A DNA stretch of 52,585 bases from the NCBI GenBank assembly GCA_038239645.1, contig JBBSEO010000001.1:1-52585 (forward strand). Direction: 5' to 3'. A model generated the notes under the pieces. That model was not told the origin of the DNA and did not search any database. It saw only the letters and a program-made list of their open reading frames with translations. The stretch comes from Chthoniobacterales bacterium (GTDB taxonomy: Bacteria > Verrucomicrobiota > Verrucomicrobiia > Chthoniobacterales > UBA10450). This document shows positions 44,223 through 52,354 of this stretch, one piece after another. Made by a program: the position numbers and the translations under genes. The stretch's first letter is position 1; each line of letters opens with the position of its first letter.

Positions 44223-44993
44223 TCAGTTTGCCACGGCCAATTCGTCGCCTTCGCGAATTTTGCCCAGCTCCTCGCTCGCGCGCGACCTGGTCGCGACCGC
44301 ACGATCGCTTTGCACCAGCCCATCACGCATCACGACATTTCGCCCCGCGTAAGCCGCGATATCGGGTTCGTGCGTGACCATGATCACGGTGATGCCGCGA
44401 TCGTTAAGCTGCTGAAAAATTCCCATGATTTCGATGCTGGTGCGGCTGTCGAGATTGCCGGTCGGCTCGTCCGCCAGGATGACTTCCGGATCGTTGATCA
44501 AGGCTCGCGCGATGGCGACGCGCTGTTGTTGCCCGCCGGAAAGCTGGCTTGGCGAATGGTCTTCGCGTCCCTTCAGACCGACGGAAGCCAGGACGTCATC
44601 CGCTTTCGCGCGCAACTCCGTCGAACGGAGATGATGATTGCCGTAGAGCAGCGGCAGCTCGGCATTTTCTCGCGCCGAGGTGCGCGGCAAAAGATTGAAA
44701 CTCTGGAAGACGAAGCCGAGCTTGCCGTTGCGGATATCGGCCAGCTGATCGCGGCTCAAGCCCGAAACGTCGACGCCATCGAGGAGATAACGTCCGGTCG
44801 TCGGGCGATCGAGACAGCCGAGGATGTTCATCAGGGTCGATTTGCCCGAGCCACTCGACCCCATGAGAGCGACGAATTCGCCGCGCTGAATCTCGAGCGA
44901 TACCCCACGCACCGCGCGCACTTCCATTTCGCCGGTGCGATACGTCTTGTGCACCTCCTCCAACAAAACGACGGCCGACGGGGTAGCTTCCAT
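44223..44993 (-). CDS. ABC transporter ATP-binding protein (MacB/LolD-type)
   Basis: 256 aa: Walker [36 protein letters not shown]. Confidence 0.93.
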   Translation of the reverse strand: MEATPSAVVLLEEVHKTYRTGEMEVRAVRGVSLEIQRGEFVALMGSSGSGKSTLMNILGCLDRPTTGRYLLDGVDVSGLSRDQLADIRNGKLGFVFQSFNLLPRTSARENAELPLLYGNHHLRSTELRAKADDVLASVGLKGREDHSPSQLSGGQQQRVAIARALINDPEVILADEPTGNLDSRTSIEIMGIFQQLNDRGITVIMVTHEPDIAAYAGRNVVMRDGLVQSDRAVATRSRASEELGKIREGDELAVAN

Positions 44994-44999
44994 TTCTCG

Positions 45000-46226
45000 T
45001 TAGAACCGCCGCGGGGCGCCGCCGAATGGATTGGCCGGCTGGTTGTTCGCCTGGTTTCCTCCTCCCAGCTGGGCGATCACGACGCGATCATTCTCCTGCA
45101 AACCTTCCTGCACCTCCGTGGAAATGCCGTCGCTGATCCCGGTTTTGATCGTTACCGGCTGCGGCTTCGCGTCGCGCAGAACGTAAACCGTCCGCTCGGA
45201 GCGGCGCTCCTTCGCCTGCCCGCGCGACCCGCCGCCATTTCCCCGGCGAGTGCCGGCGGCATTTCCCTGCGCCGCCGCGGTCGCCGGGGGCGGCGTCCCC
45301 GTGGGAGCGTCCGCCGGGCGATAACGCATCGCGCTATTTGCCACTCTTAAGACGTCATCCTTGTGCGCGACGACGATCGAGACGTTCGCCGTCATGCCCG
45401 GTTTCAGCAGCAGCTCCGTGTTGTCCACGCCGATGACCGTGTCGTAGGTCACGACGTTCTGTACCGTCGTCGGGGCATTGCGGACCTGGGTAACTTTACC
45501 GTGAAAGGTCCGATTCGGAAAGGCGTCGACGGTGAAATCCACCCGTTGATCGACGGCGACGGCGCCGACGTCCGCTTCCGCCACCGCCGCGTCAATCTGC
45601 ATCTTGGCCAGGTCATTCGCGATCGTGAAAATGATCGGTGCCTGCAAACTCGCCGCCACCGTCTGCCCGACATCGACATTGCGCGATATGACCACGCCGT
45701 CGACGGGCGACTTGATCGTGCAGTGATCCAGGTCGGCGCGCGCTTTGTCGAGCGCACCCTGCTTGATTTTTACGTTCGCCTCCGCCTGATGAAGATTCGC
45801 GGTGGCGGTATCGAGGTCGGTCTGGGCGGAACTCTGTTTCGCGACGAGCGCGCGCGTGCGGCTTTCGTTGAGTTTCGCTAATTCCAACGCGGCCTGCGCG
45901 CTGGCGAGATCGCCTTCCGCCTGAGTGACCGACGCTTGAAAAAGCGCCGGATCGATCTGAGCGACCACATCGCCCTCTTTCACCTTCGAATTAAAATCGG
46001 CGGATAATTTCGCGATCGTGCCCGAGACCTGGCTTCCCACCTGCACATTCACGACGGGGTTAAGCGTGCCCGTCGCCGTGACGGCCTGGGTGATTTCACC
46101 GCGCGTCACCGTCACCGTTTGGAATTCCGAACTGCTCCCCTTCCGACAGCTGGTCAATCCAAGCGTGCCCGCGAGAAAAAAGAACGCAACCGCGAGCGAA
46201 AGATTCCGTTTGCCGCGCCGTTCCAT
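45000..46226 (-). CDS. HlyD/MacA-family periplasmic adaptor (membrane fusion) lipoprotein
   Basis: 408 aa with lipobox LGLTSC, a coiled-coil hairpin region (QASVTQAEGDLASAQAALELAK...), beta-barrel motifs and a Gly/Ala/Arg-rich C-terminal tail. Confidence 0.9.
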   Translation of the reverse strand: MERRGKRNLSLAVAFFFLAGTLGLTSCRKGSSSEFQTVTVTRGEITQAVTATGTLNPVVNVQVGSQVSGTIAKLSADFNSKVKEGDVVAQIDPALFQASVTQAEGDLASAQAALELAKLNESRTRALVAKQSSAQTDLDTATANLHQAEANVKIKQGALDKARADLDHCTIKSPVDGVVISRNVDVGQTVAASLQAPIIFTIANDLAKMQIDAAVAEADVGAVAVDQRVDFTVDAFPNRTFHGKVTQVRNAPTTVQNVVTYDTVIGVDNTELLLKPGMTANVSIVVAHKDDVLRVANSAMRYRPADAPTGTPPPATAAAQGNAAGTRRGNGGGSRGQAKERRSERTVYVLRDAKPQPVTIKTGISDGISTEVQEGLQENDRVVIAQLGGGNQANNQPANPFGGAPRRF

Positions 46227-46247
46227 GGTTATAAGACAGGGAGAGCT

Positions 46248-47042
46248 GTGCGTCGTTACCTCGAGATTTACGGAATCATGCTGCGGAATTCACTCATCCG
46301 CGAGATGAGCTTTAAGGCAAATTTCGTTCTTTGGATGCTGGTTGAACTTCTCTGGTTCCTCGGCCAGATCGTTTTTTTCAGCATCATTTTCGGCTCGGTC
46401 AATCGCATCGGTGATTGGTCGAAATGGCAGGTGGTGTTGCTCGTCGGCACTCACCAGATGATCGCGCAACTCTTTCAGGCGTTCTTCTTCGTCAATCTCT
46501 CGAATATTCCCGAACTCGTGCGCACCGGAAAGCTCGATTCCCTTCTCGTCCTGCCGGTCGACAGTCAGTTCGCGGTCTCGACCAAACAATTCGGCCTCGA
46601 CAGTGTGGTCAACGCCATGCTCGGCGCAGCCGTGGTCATCTTCTCCCTGGTGCAATTGCGCGTCGTGCCCACGCCGCTCGAAATCGGCCTCTACCTCATC
46701 GCAATCGCTTTCGGCATCGTCATTCACTACTCCATCATGCTCGTGCTGGCGGCGGTTAGCTTTTGGATCGTGCGCGCGCAAGGCCTGGTCTACGGCTACT
46801 TCAACTTCCTCAATATCGCCCGGTATCCGGATGTGATTTATCCCTGGTTTTTCCGCCTCGTCTTCAGCTGGTTTATTCCTGTCATCATCGTGGCCAATAT
46901 CCCCGCGCGACTGTTAGTAAAGTCTCTTGGCCAACCACTTGAGCTGATCGGGCATCTTACCCTCGCCGCTGGTTTCGCATTTCTCGTTTCCCGGATTTTC
47001 TGGCGTTTCGCCTTGAGGCATTATTCCAGCGCCAGTTCCTAG
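46248..47042 (+). CDS. ABC-2 family transporter permease (ABC2_membrane_6 / DUF990-like), paralogue of 41781-42590
   Basis: The preferred start is the GTG at 46248 (VRRYLEIYGIMLRNSLIREMSFKANF...), preceded by GGGAGAG. The track ORF start at 46119 would overlap the divergent adaptor gene. Motif RTGKLDSLLVLPVDSQF parallels REGQINSFLTKPLSYLGY of the other permease. Confidence 0.8.
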   Translation: MRRYLEIYGIMLRNSLIREMSFKANFVLWMLVELLWFLGQIVFFSIIFGSVNRIGDWSKWQVVLLVGTHQMIAQLFQAFFFVNLSNIPELVRTGKLDSLLVLPVDSQFAVSTKQFGLDSVVNAMLGAAVVIFSLVQLRVVPTPLEIGLYLIAIAFGIVIHYSIMLVLAAVSFWIVRAQGLVYGYFNFLNIARYPDVIYPWFFRLVFSWFIPVIIVANIPARLLVKSLGQPLELIGHLTLAAGFAFLVSRIFWRFALRHYSSASS

Positions 47043-47085
47043 GCAAAAGGCGCGAAATCTTCCCTTGCGCCCGGAAGGTTTTGTC

Positions 47086-47095
47086 CTTAATTAAG
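47086..47095. promoter_or_regulatory. Perfect AT-rich 10-bp palindrome CTTAATTAAG upstream of the DksA-like/rpmG/rpsR genes; candidate operator
   Basis: Read directly. It lies 43 nt upstream of the ATG at 47138, in otherwise GC-rich sequence. No binding protein can be assigned from sequence alone. Confidence 0.2.
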
Positions 47096-47137
47096 CGCTC
47101 CCAAAGCCGCCCGGGATCCACCGGGCGCTCTTACTTT

Positions 47138-47818
47138 ATGGCCACGTCGAAGAAAAAGACTACCGCGCGACCCGCGCCCAAGAAAAAGGCGGCGAAGCAA
47201 AAGGCTCCGAAGCCGAAACCGGCAAAGGCCAAGCCAGCCCCGAAAGCTGCCGTCAAACCGCCGGCGCCCAAAAAGATCGTGGCCCGACCGCGCGGAAAGC
47301 GGACCGAATCGACTTTGATTTTGCAGAACAATCACCGGGAACGAAAACTTGATCCCTTCACGAAGCAGCAAAAGGAAAAATTGCTCATGCTGCGCGATGC
47401 GATGGTTGATTCCATGGCGGGCGTGGCAAAGGACAATTTGCGCGCGCGGGCCGAGGGCAGCGAAGCTTCCGCTTTCGGGATGCACCAGGCCGATGCCGGC
47501 TCCGACGCCTATGATCGCGATTTCGCGTTGAGCCTGCTTTCGCAGGAACAGGACGCGCTTTACGAAATCGACCAGGCGCTGAAGCGAATTGAACTCGGCA
47601 CTTACGGCGTTTGCGAAATGTCGAGCAAGCAAATTCCCCGGGCGCGTTTGGAAGCGATTCCGTTCGCCCGTTTCACCGTCGAATGCCAGTCCCAGCTCGA
47701 GAAACAGAACAAGCAATCCCGCGTCCGGCAATCGGTCACTTCCCTCTTCGGCCTGACCGAGGACGAGGCGCCGGAGAGCGAGGAAGAAGAAGCGACGCCG
47801 GCGGCGGAAAAGGAATAG
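47138..47818 (+). CDS. DksA/TraR-family protein with a Lys/Ala/Pro-rich (histone H1-like) N-terminal tail and a 2-Cys degenerate zinc-finger region
   Basis: [46 protein letters not shown]...; coiled-coil tip [14 protein letters not shown]; C-terminal [28 protein letters not shown] aligns to the DksA CxxC-x17-CxxC region as C..S / T..C. The start is taken at the ATG at 47138 (the ORF opens at TTG 47081). Confidence 0.8.
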   Translation: MATSKKKTTARPAPKKKAAKQKAPKPKPAKAKPAPKAAVKPPAPKKIVARPRGKRTESTLILQNNHRERKLDPFTKQQKEKLLMLRDAMVDSMAGVAKDNLRARAEGSEASAFGMHQADAGSDAYDRDFALSLLSQEQDALYEIDQALKRIELGTYGVCEMSSKQIPRARLEAIPFARFTVECQSQLEKQNKQSRVRQSVTSLFGLTEDEAPESEEEEATPAAEKE

Positions 47819-47819
47819 T

Positions 47820-47993
47820 ATGGCTCAGGAAATTATCACCCTTGAATGCACCGAAGCGAAGGCGCTCGGGAAACCGGCTTCGCGCTACATGACGACGCGA
47901 AATAAAAAGAGCCCGCAGACGCCGAACCGGCTCGAGAAGAAGAAATACAATCCGTTTTTGCGGAAACACACCCTGCACCGCGAGACGCGCTAA
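47820..47993 (+). CDS. rpmG: 50S ribosomal protein L33 (cysteine-depleted, C-minus type)
   Basis: Below the ORF-track length cut-off. Hand translation gives [57 protein letters not shown] (57 aa). The ATG lies 1 nt after the DksA-like stop. Only one Cys remains where C-plus L33 proteins carry CxxC...CxxC. Confidence 0.9.
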   Translation: MAQEIITLECTEAKALGKPASRYMTTRNKKSPQTPNRLEKKKYNPFLRKHTLHRETR

Positions 47994-47997
47994 GACC

Positions 47998-48237
47998 ATG
48001 CAACCGAAAACCGCCAAACGACGTTCCGCTTTCCGCCGCGCCAACCGCATCATGCCGCGTCGTCGCATCGACATTGCGACCGAAGCGATCGATTACAAGA
48101 ATCCCGATCTACTGAAAAAATTCGTGACCGAGAGTGGAAAAATTCTTCCCCGCCGTGTCACCGGCATGCCGGCGCATATGCACCGCAAGATTACTCGCGA
48201 GATCAAGCGCAGCCGTTCCGTGCTGCTGATGAAGTAG
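47998..48237 (+). CDS. rpsR: 30S ribosomal protein S18 (no cysteines)
   Basis: 79 aa: [48 protein letters not shown]. Confidence 0.95.
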   Translation: MQPKTAKRRSAFRRANRIMPRRRIDIATEAIDYKNPDLLKKFVTESGKILPRRVTGMPAHMHRKITREIKRSRSVLLMK

Positions 48238-48240
48238 CCG

Positions 48241-48606
48241 TCAGCTTTTTCGGCGAGTCTTCTCGCCCTGCTCGATCAGCTTCCAAAACTCGCGCGTACC
48301 TTTCAGTTGCTCGTCCTCCCCCGTCGGGAGATTGGCGCGATAAAGGAAATCCCGCAGCGTGTTCTTGTGCAGGACCCGATGCACCCGCACGCCCTCCGGT
48401 GTTTCCGCGAAATAAATCCGGTAATCTTTCGCGCGATATCGGTATAGTTTTTTCCCGTCGCGCTCCAGGACGCCGAACCGGCTCTTGTCCAGATGATCGA
48501 GATCTTCCGGCATGATCTGAAATTCGGCCAGCAACTCGAGCTGGAGCGTTTTCGGCAGCGCCGCCATTTCCGCCGCGCTCAACTCGTTAAAGATGATCTG
48601 AAACAT
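48241..48606 (-). CDS. RelE/ParE-superfamily toxin-like protein with a ~35-aa C-terminal extension; no adjacent antitoxin
   Basis: The start is taken at the ATG at 48606 (MFQIIFNELSAAEMAALPKTLQLELLAEF...KLYRYRAKDYRIYFAETPEGVRVHRVLHKN), sharing one base with the alr TGA. The motif pattern yRyRvgDYRiiY...v.v..v.H+ is typical of RelE/ParE. Confidence 0.65.
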   Translation of the reverse strand: MFQIIFNELSAAEMAALPKTLQLELLAEFQIMPEDLDHLDKSRFGVLERDGKKLYRYRAKDYRIYFAETPEGVRVHRVLHKNTLRDFLYRANLPTGEDEQLKGTREFWKLIEQGEKTRRKS

Positions 48607-49709
48607 CAGCGGTAAATCATTTCCACCCGGCTGCCGATTCGCGTCGTGATCTCCCACGTAATCGTCCCAGCCCGTTCCGCCAATTCGGTGCAGGCAATCT
48701 CCGCGTCGCCCTGCCGCCCCATCAGGACAACCTCATCGCCGACCTGCGCCTCCGGCAAATGTGTCACGTTGATCACCATTAAATCCATCGTCACCCGGCC
48801 GAGCAAGGCACAACGTTCGCCGCGCACCAGCACCGCTGCGCCCCGGTTCGAGAGGTGTCGAGAGTAACCGTCCGCGTAGCCGGCCGACAGCGTCGCCACG
48901 CGCATGGGCTTTGGCGTAATGAAGGTGCGCCCATAACTGATCCCGTGCCCTTCCGGCATGTCGCGGATGAGCGCGATCCGCGTCTTCCAAGTCATCACCG
49001 GTCGCAACAAATGCTGGAAGTCCGTGAGCGGCGAGATGCCGTAAAACAAAATTCCCGGGCGGGCGATCTCGAACGGCTCCTCCGCGTAGGCTAACGTGCC
49101 GCCACTCTGCAGCGCGTGCGCCTTGTAGTCGCCCGGAAATTCTTCGCGCAGTTGCTTCATCATTCCGCTGAAACTGCGCAACTGCGCCCGCGTGAAATCT
49201 TCATCCGCGTCCGAAACCGGCAGGTGCGTGGAGACGCTGTGAATTTTCAAACCGGGCCGCGCATGGACTTTGCGGAAGAGCTCCACCGCCTCGCGCGCCG
49301 GCGCGCCCATTCGTCCCATTCCGGTGTCAATCTTGAAATTGATTTCGACTGCGCGTTTCCCGCCGCATTTCGCAAACGCCTCGGCCTCCTCCCAGCTGGA
49401 AACAGACGGAATAAAACCGCCCTCAGCGATCAACGCCCGTTCCTCCGGCAACGCCGGGCCCATGATCATGATCGGATGCGGCACTGCGGCGCGCAGGGTC
49501 GTCGCCTCCTCCAGGTTTGCCACGCCAAAAAGTTGCACTTCACTCGCCAGCGCTTTCGCCACCGGGACCAAGCCGTGCCCGTAGGCGTTGGCCTTCACCA
49601 CCCCGAGCAGGTCAACTTTCCGCCCGAGCTTTTCGCGAGCGACCCCGGCGTTATGGCGAAGCGCCGCGCAATCAATTTCAGCCCAGCAGCGATGCAGGTG
49701 TTTGGTCAT
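48606..49709 (-). CDS. alr: Alanine racemase
   Basis: 367 aa with PLP-lysine motif GVVKANAYGHG and C-terminal ...WEITTRIGSRV. Confidence 0.95.
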   Translation of the reverse strand: MTKHLHRCWAEIDCAALRHNAGVAREKLGRKVDLLGVVKANAYGHGLVPVAKALASEVQLFGVANLEEATTLRAAVPHPIMIMGPALPEERALIAEGGFIPSVSSWEEAEAFAKCGGKRAVEINFKIDTGMGRMGAPAREAVELFRKVHARPGLKIHSVSTHLPVSDADEDFTRAQLRSFSGMMKQLREEFPGDYKAHALQSGGTLAYAEEPFEIARPGILFYGISPLTDFQHLLRPVMTWKTRIALIRDMPEGHGISYGRTFITPKPMRVATLSAGYADGYSRHLSNRGAAVLVRGERCALLGRVTMDLMVINVTHLPEAQVGDEVVLMGRQGDAEIACTELAERAGTITWEITTRIGSRVEMIYR

Positions 49710-50290
49710 TTCGTGATATGCGGCTCGCGAAGGTAGATCGGCGTCAGCGGGGCGCGAACGAGATTTTGCGGGCGGACCCGCGCGATTTCCAGTAATCGGG
49801 TCGCCCGTGGAAAGCGCAACTCCACCCCGGGAAAATCCGGCAGGTCATCCGAGGAAAAGATCGGCACGGAACCCAGGCGACGTTCGAGTTCTGCGCGAGA
49901 AAACAATTTTGGCGCCTCGGACAAATCTCCGCCGCAGATCTGCGCGAAAAAGAAGGTTGCTCGTTTGGCGTCGCCCAGAGCGACAAAATTCTCGCCGTCG
50001 TCGCCCAAGCCCAGCACGGATGGCAACCCGCAAAGCTGCGCGCCGGTCGTCGCGGCGAGCCCAAGGCCGGTTGCGATCGCGATCCGCGTCCCGGTGTAAG
50101 AGCCCGGTCCGAGTCCCACAATAATTATTTCTGGAGAACCAAATTCCTTCAGCACATCCGCGATCGTTTCGAAAAAAGGAGCGGCCGTTCGCCGATCATT
50201 GGCCCAGTCTCGCGCAAATAAGATCTCCGCTTCGTCCGCCAAAGCCACGCTGCCGCGCCGCGTCGACAAATCCAGTGCGAGCCTCTTCAT
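49706..50290 (-). CDS. tsaB: tRNA threonylcarbamoyladenosine (t6A) biosynthesis protein TsaB
   Basis: MKRLALDLSTRRGSVALA..., IIVGLGPGSYTGTRIAIATGLGLA. The start at the ATG at 50290 overlaps the tsaE stop (ATGA); the longer ORF to 50383 is rejected. Confidence 0.9.
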   Translation of the reverse strand: MKRLALDLSTRRGSVALADEAEILFARDWANDRRTAAPFFETIADVLKEFGSPEIIIVGLGPGSYTGTRIAIATGLGLAATTGAQLCGLPSVLGLGDDGENFVALGDAKRATFFFAQICGGDLSEAPKLFSRAELERRLGSVPIFSSDDLPDFPGVELRFPRATRLLEIARVRPQNLVRAPLTPIYLREPHITK

Positions 50291-50694
50291 CCAAAGACAA
50301 TCCTGCGCACATTCTCGCCCTCCCCGGAAAGTCGCACCGATCGAACGGTCGCCGGAAGCACCGCCGGAAAGCGATCCGCCCATTCGATCACCGTCACACC
50401 GTCGCCGAAGATATATTCATCGAGCCCCAGCAAGCGCGCAGCTTCTTCATTTTCCACTCGGTAGAAATCGAAATGATAAAGGGGAAGGCGGCCGCCTTGG
50501 TACTCGTGGACCAAAGTGAAGGTCGGGCTGGTCACATCGCCGGCAATCCCCAGTCCACGCGCGATTCCCTTGACGAAATGAGTTTTCCCGGCGCCGAGAT
50601 CGCCGCTCAGCGCCACCACATCGCCGGCTTTTAGCTTCCCGGCCAAACTTTCGCCGGCTAACTCCGTCTCAGCGACGTGACGCGAAATGATCAT
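50287..50694 (-). CDS. tsaE: t6A biosynthesis ATPase TsaE
   Basis: 135 aa: GDLGAGKTHFVKG P-loop, VTSPTFTLVHEY, LYHFDFYR. Confidence 0.93.
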   Translation of the reverse strand: MIISRHVAETELAGESLAGKLKAGDVVALSGDLGAGKTHFVKGIARGLGIAGDVTSPTFTLVHEYQGGRLPLYHFDFYRVENEEAARLLGLDEYIFGDGVTVIEWADRFPAVLPATVRSVRLSGEGENVRRIVFG

Positions 50695-51550
50695 AGCCGC
50701 CGGGCAGCACCGGTAGTTGCCCTCCCTGGGTTAATTTACCAATTCTAGTTAGTCGCAACGACCATCGCTTCTTCCAGGAGCGCGCCAGCGCCTCCCGATC
50801 ACGCGGCGACAAGGCGAAGAGCAGTTCGTAATCTTCGCCATCCCCCATCGCGGCTCCTTCGCTGCAACCCCGTGCGCGCGGAAGCGCACGCTCCAGCGCG
50901 AAGCTACAGCCTGACGCGCGCGCCAGCCTCGGCAGGTCTTTCGCGAGGCCGTCGCTCAAATCCATCATCGCATGGGCTTGAAAATGTTCCGTGAGCCAGC
51001 GCGCTTCTCGCAGCCGCGGGGTAAAGCGCAGGTGTTTGCCGCGCATCGCACCGCCGAGTGAACCGGTGACAAACAGGTCGTCCCCCGGTCGACCCTGGTT
51101 CCGCCAGACACAGCGCTCCGGTTCCACATATCCGCTGACCGTCACCGCAACCACGGCCGCACCGCTGGTCGAAGTCGTTTCACCGCCGACGATGGCGACC
51201 TCGAACTTCCTGCCTGCGCGCCTCAGGCCGGCGTAGAGCGAGCCGGCCCAGCCGACCTCCGTCTGGCGCGCGAGCGCGAGAGTCACCAGCGCGAACTCCG
51301 GCACCCCCGACATCGCCGCAAAATCGCTCAGGGGTCGCATCATTGCTTTCCAGCCGATCGCTTCTGCGGGCGTTCCGCGCTCGAAATGCACCCCCTCGAC
51401 GACGGCATCCGTCTTCAGCAGCTGCCACAAATTACGATCTTTCGTCCTAACGACCGCGCAGTCATCACCGATTCCTGTGACGACGCGCCTGTCGCCTACA
51501 TCTCGTTTGGTGATTGCAGCCAGCAGCGCCTCTTCGCTGCCCGCTTTCAT
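50669..51550 (-). CDS. thiL: Thiamine-monophosphate kinase
   Basis: GIGDDCAVV, DAVVEGVHF, AIVGGETTS and a C-terminal AIRS_C-like part. The start at the ATG at 51550 (MKAGSEE...) overlaps the upstream stop (ATGA); the ORF track start at 51664 lies inside the CPBP gene. Confidence 0.88.
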   Translation of the reverse strand: MKAGSEEALLAAITKRDVGDRRVVTGIGDDCAVVRTKDRNLWQLLKTDAVVEGVHFERGTPAEAIGWKAMMRPLSDFAAMSGVPEFALVTLALARQTEVGWAGSLYAGLRRAGRKFEVAIVGGETTSTSGAAVVAVTVSGYVEPERCVWRNQGRPGDDLFVTGSLGGAMRGKHLRFTPRLREARWLTEHFQAHAMMDLSDGLAKDLPRLARASGCSFALERALPRARGCSEGAAMGDGEDYELLFALSPRDREALARSWKKRWSLRLTRIGKLTQGGQLPVLPGGYDHFASRR

Positions 51551-52332
51551 GGGTTCACCGACTGCGGAAATGCCAGCGCCAGCATGGTCAGGGCATTGAA
51601 GGTCGAGTGCATTGTCATTGGAACCAGAAGTGACCCGCTCCATTCGTAGGCCAGGCTGAGGCAAACTGCGAGAATGAAGAGCGGTGCGAACGAGGGGAGA
51701 TGCGCGTGCACAGCGGCGAAGAGCACCCCGGTGACCAGGACCGCCACCGCGCGCCCGCCATACCGCGAGACGACTTTGAAGAGAAAGAAGCGAAAGACGA
51801 ACTCCTCCGTCATCGGCGCAACCACGACAGCGAGGAGGATAACCACGATCCGCTGACTCAGAGAGTTCGAACTGCTGAAGAGTTCGACGATCTCCTGCCG
51901 GCTCGACTCCGCCCCACCAAATTTCACGACCAGCCAGTCGACGGAATAGACGAGCGGATACGCCAGCACCAACAGAATGAGGCCGGTAATCAAGGCGCGT
52001 CCGAATGGAACCCGCGCCATGCCGGTGACCTCGCCAAGGACGAACCCGCGCAGCTTCAGGAACGTCGCGAGGAAGACAACGATCGCGATGGTAAAGAGAA
52101 GACTGGCAACCAGCATCCCGGTCCTGATTTCGAAATGGCCGGCCGCGGTCTGCTTCCAGGCGCTGGAGCCGAGGAAGATGACGAGCGCAAGCGCGACGAC
52201 AACTTCCGGTGGACCGAATTGCTTCCCGTCAGCGGGCGAATTCACGACAGGCCGATTTCGAAGCTGCCGCGCGAGCGCGCCATAGACGTAAAGACTAACG
52301 ACTAATAGAAGAGCGCCGATCAGCGTCGTCAC
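51547..52332 (-). CDS. CPBP-family intramembrane glutamic endopeptidase (CAAX protease / Abi)
   Basis: 261 aa, multi-TM, with motifs MTEEFVFRFFLF, FAAVH and HSTFN. Confidence 0.88.
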   Translation of the reverse strand: MTTLIGALLLVVSLYVYGALARQLRNRPVVNSPADGKQFGPPEVVVALALVIFLGSSAWKQTAAGHFEIRTGMLVASLLFTIAIVVFLATFLKLRGFVLGEVTGMARVPFGRALITGLILLVLAYPLVYSVDWLVVKFGGAESSRQEIVELFSSSNSLSQRIVVILLAVVVAPMTEEFVFRFFLFKVVSRYGGRAVAVLVTGVLFAAVHAHLPSFAPLFILAVCLSLAYEWSGSLLVPMTMHSTFNALTMLALAFPQSVNP

Positions 52333-52354
52333 AGCGATTCAGAGCGAACTGCGA

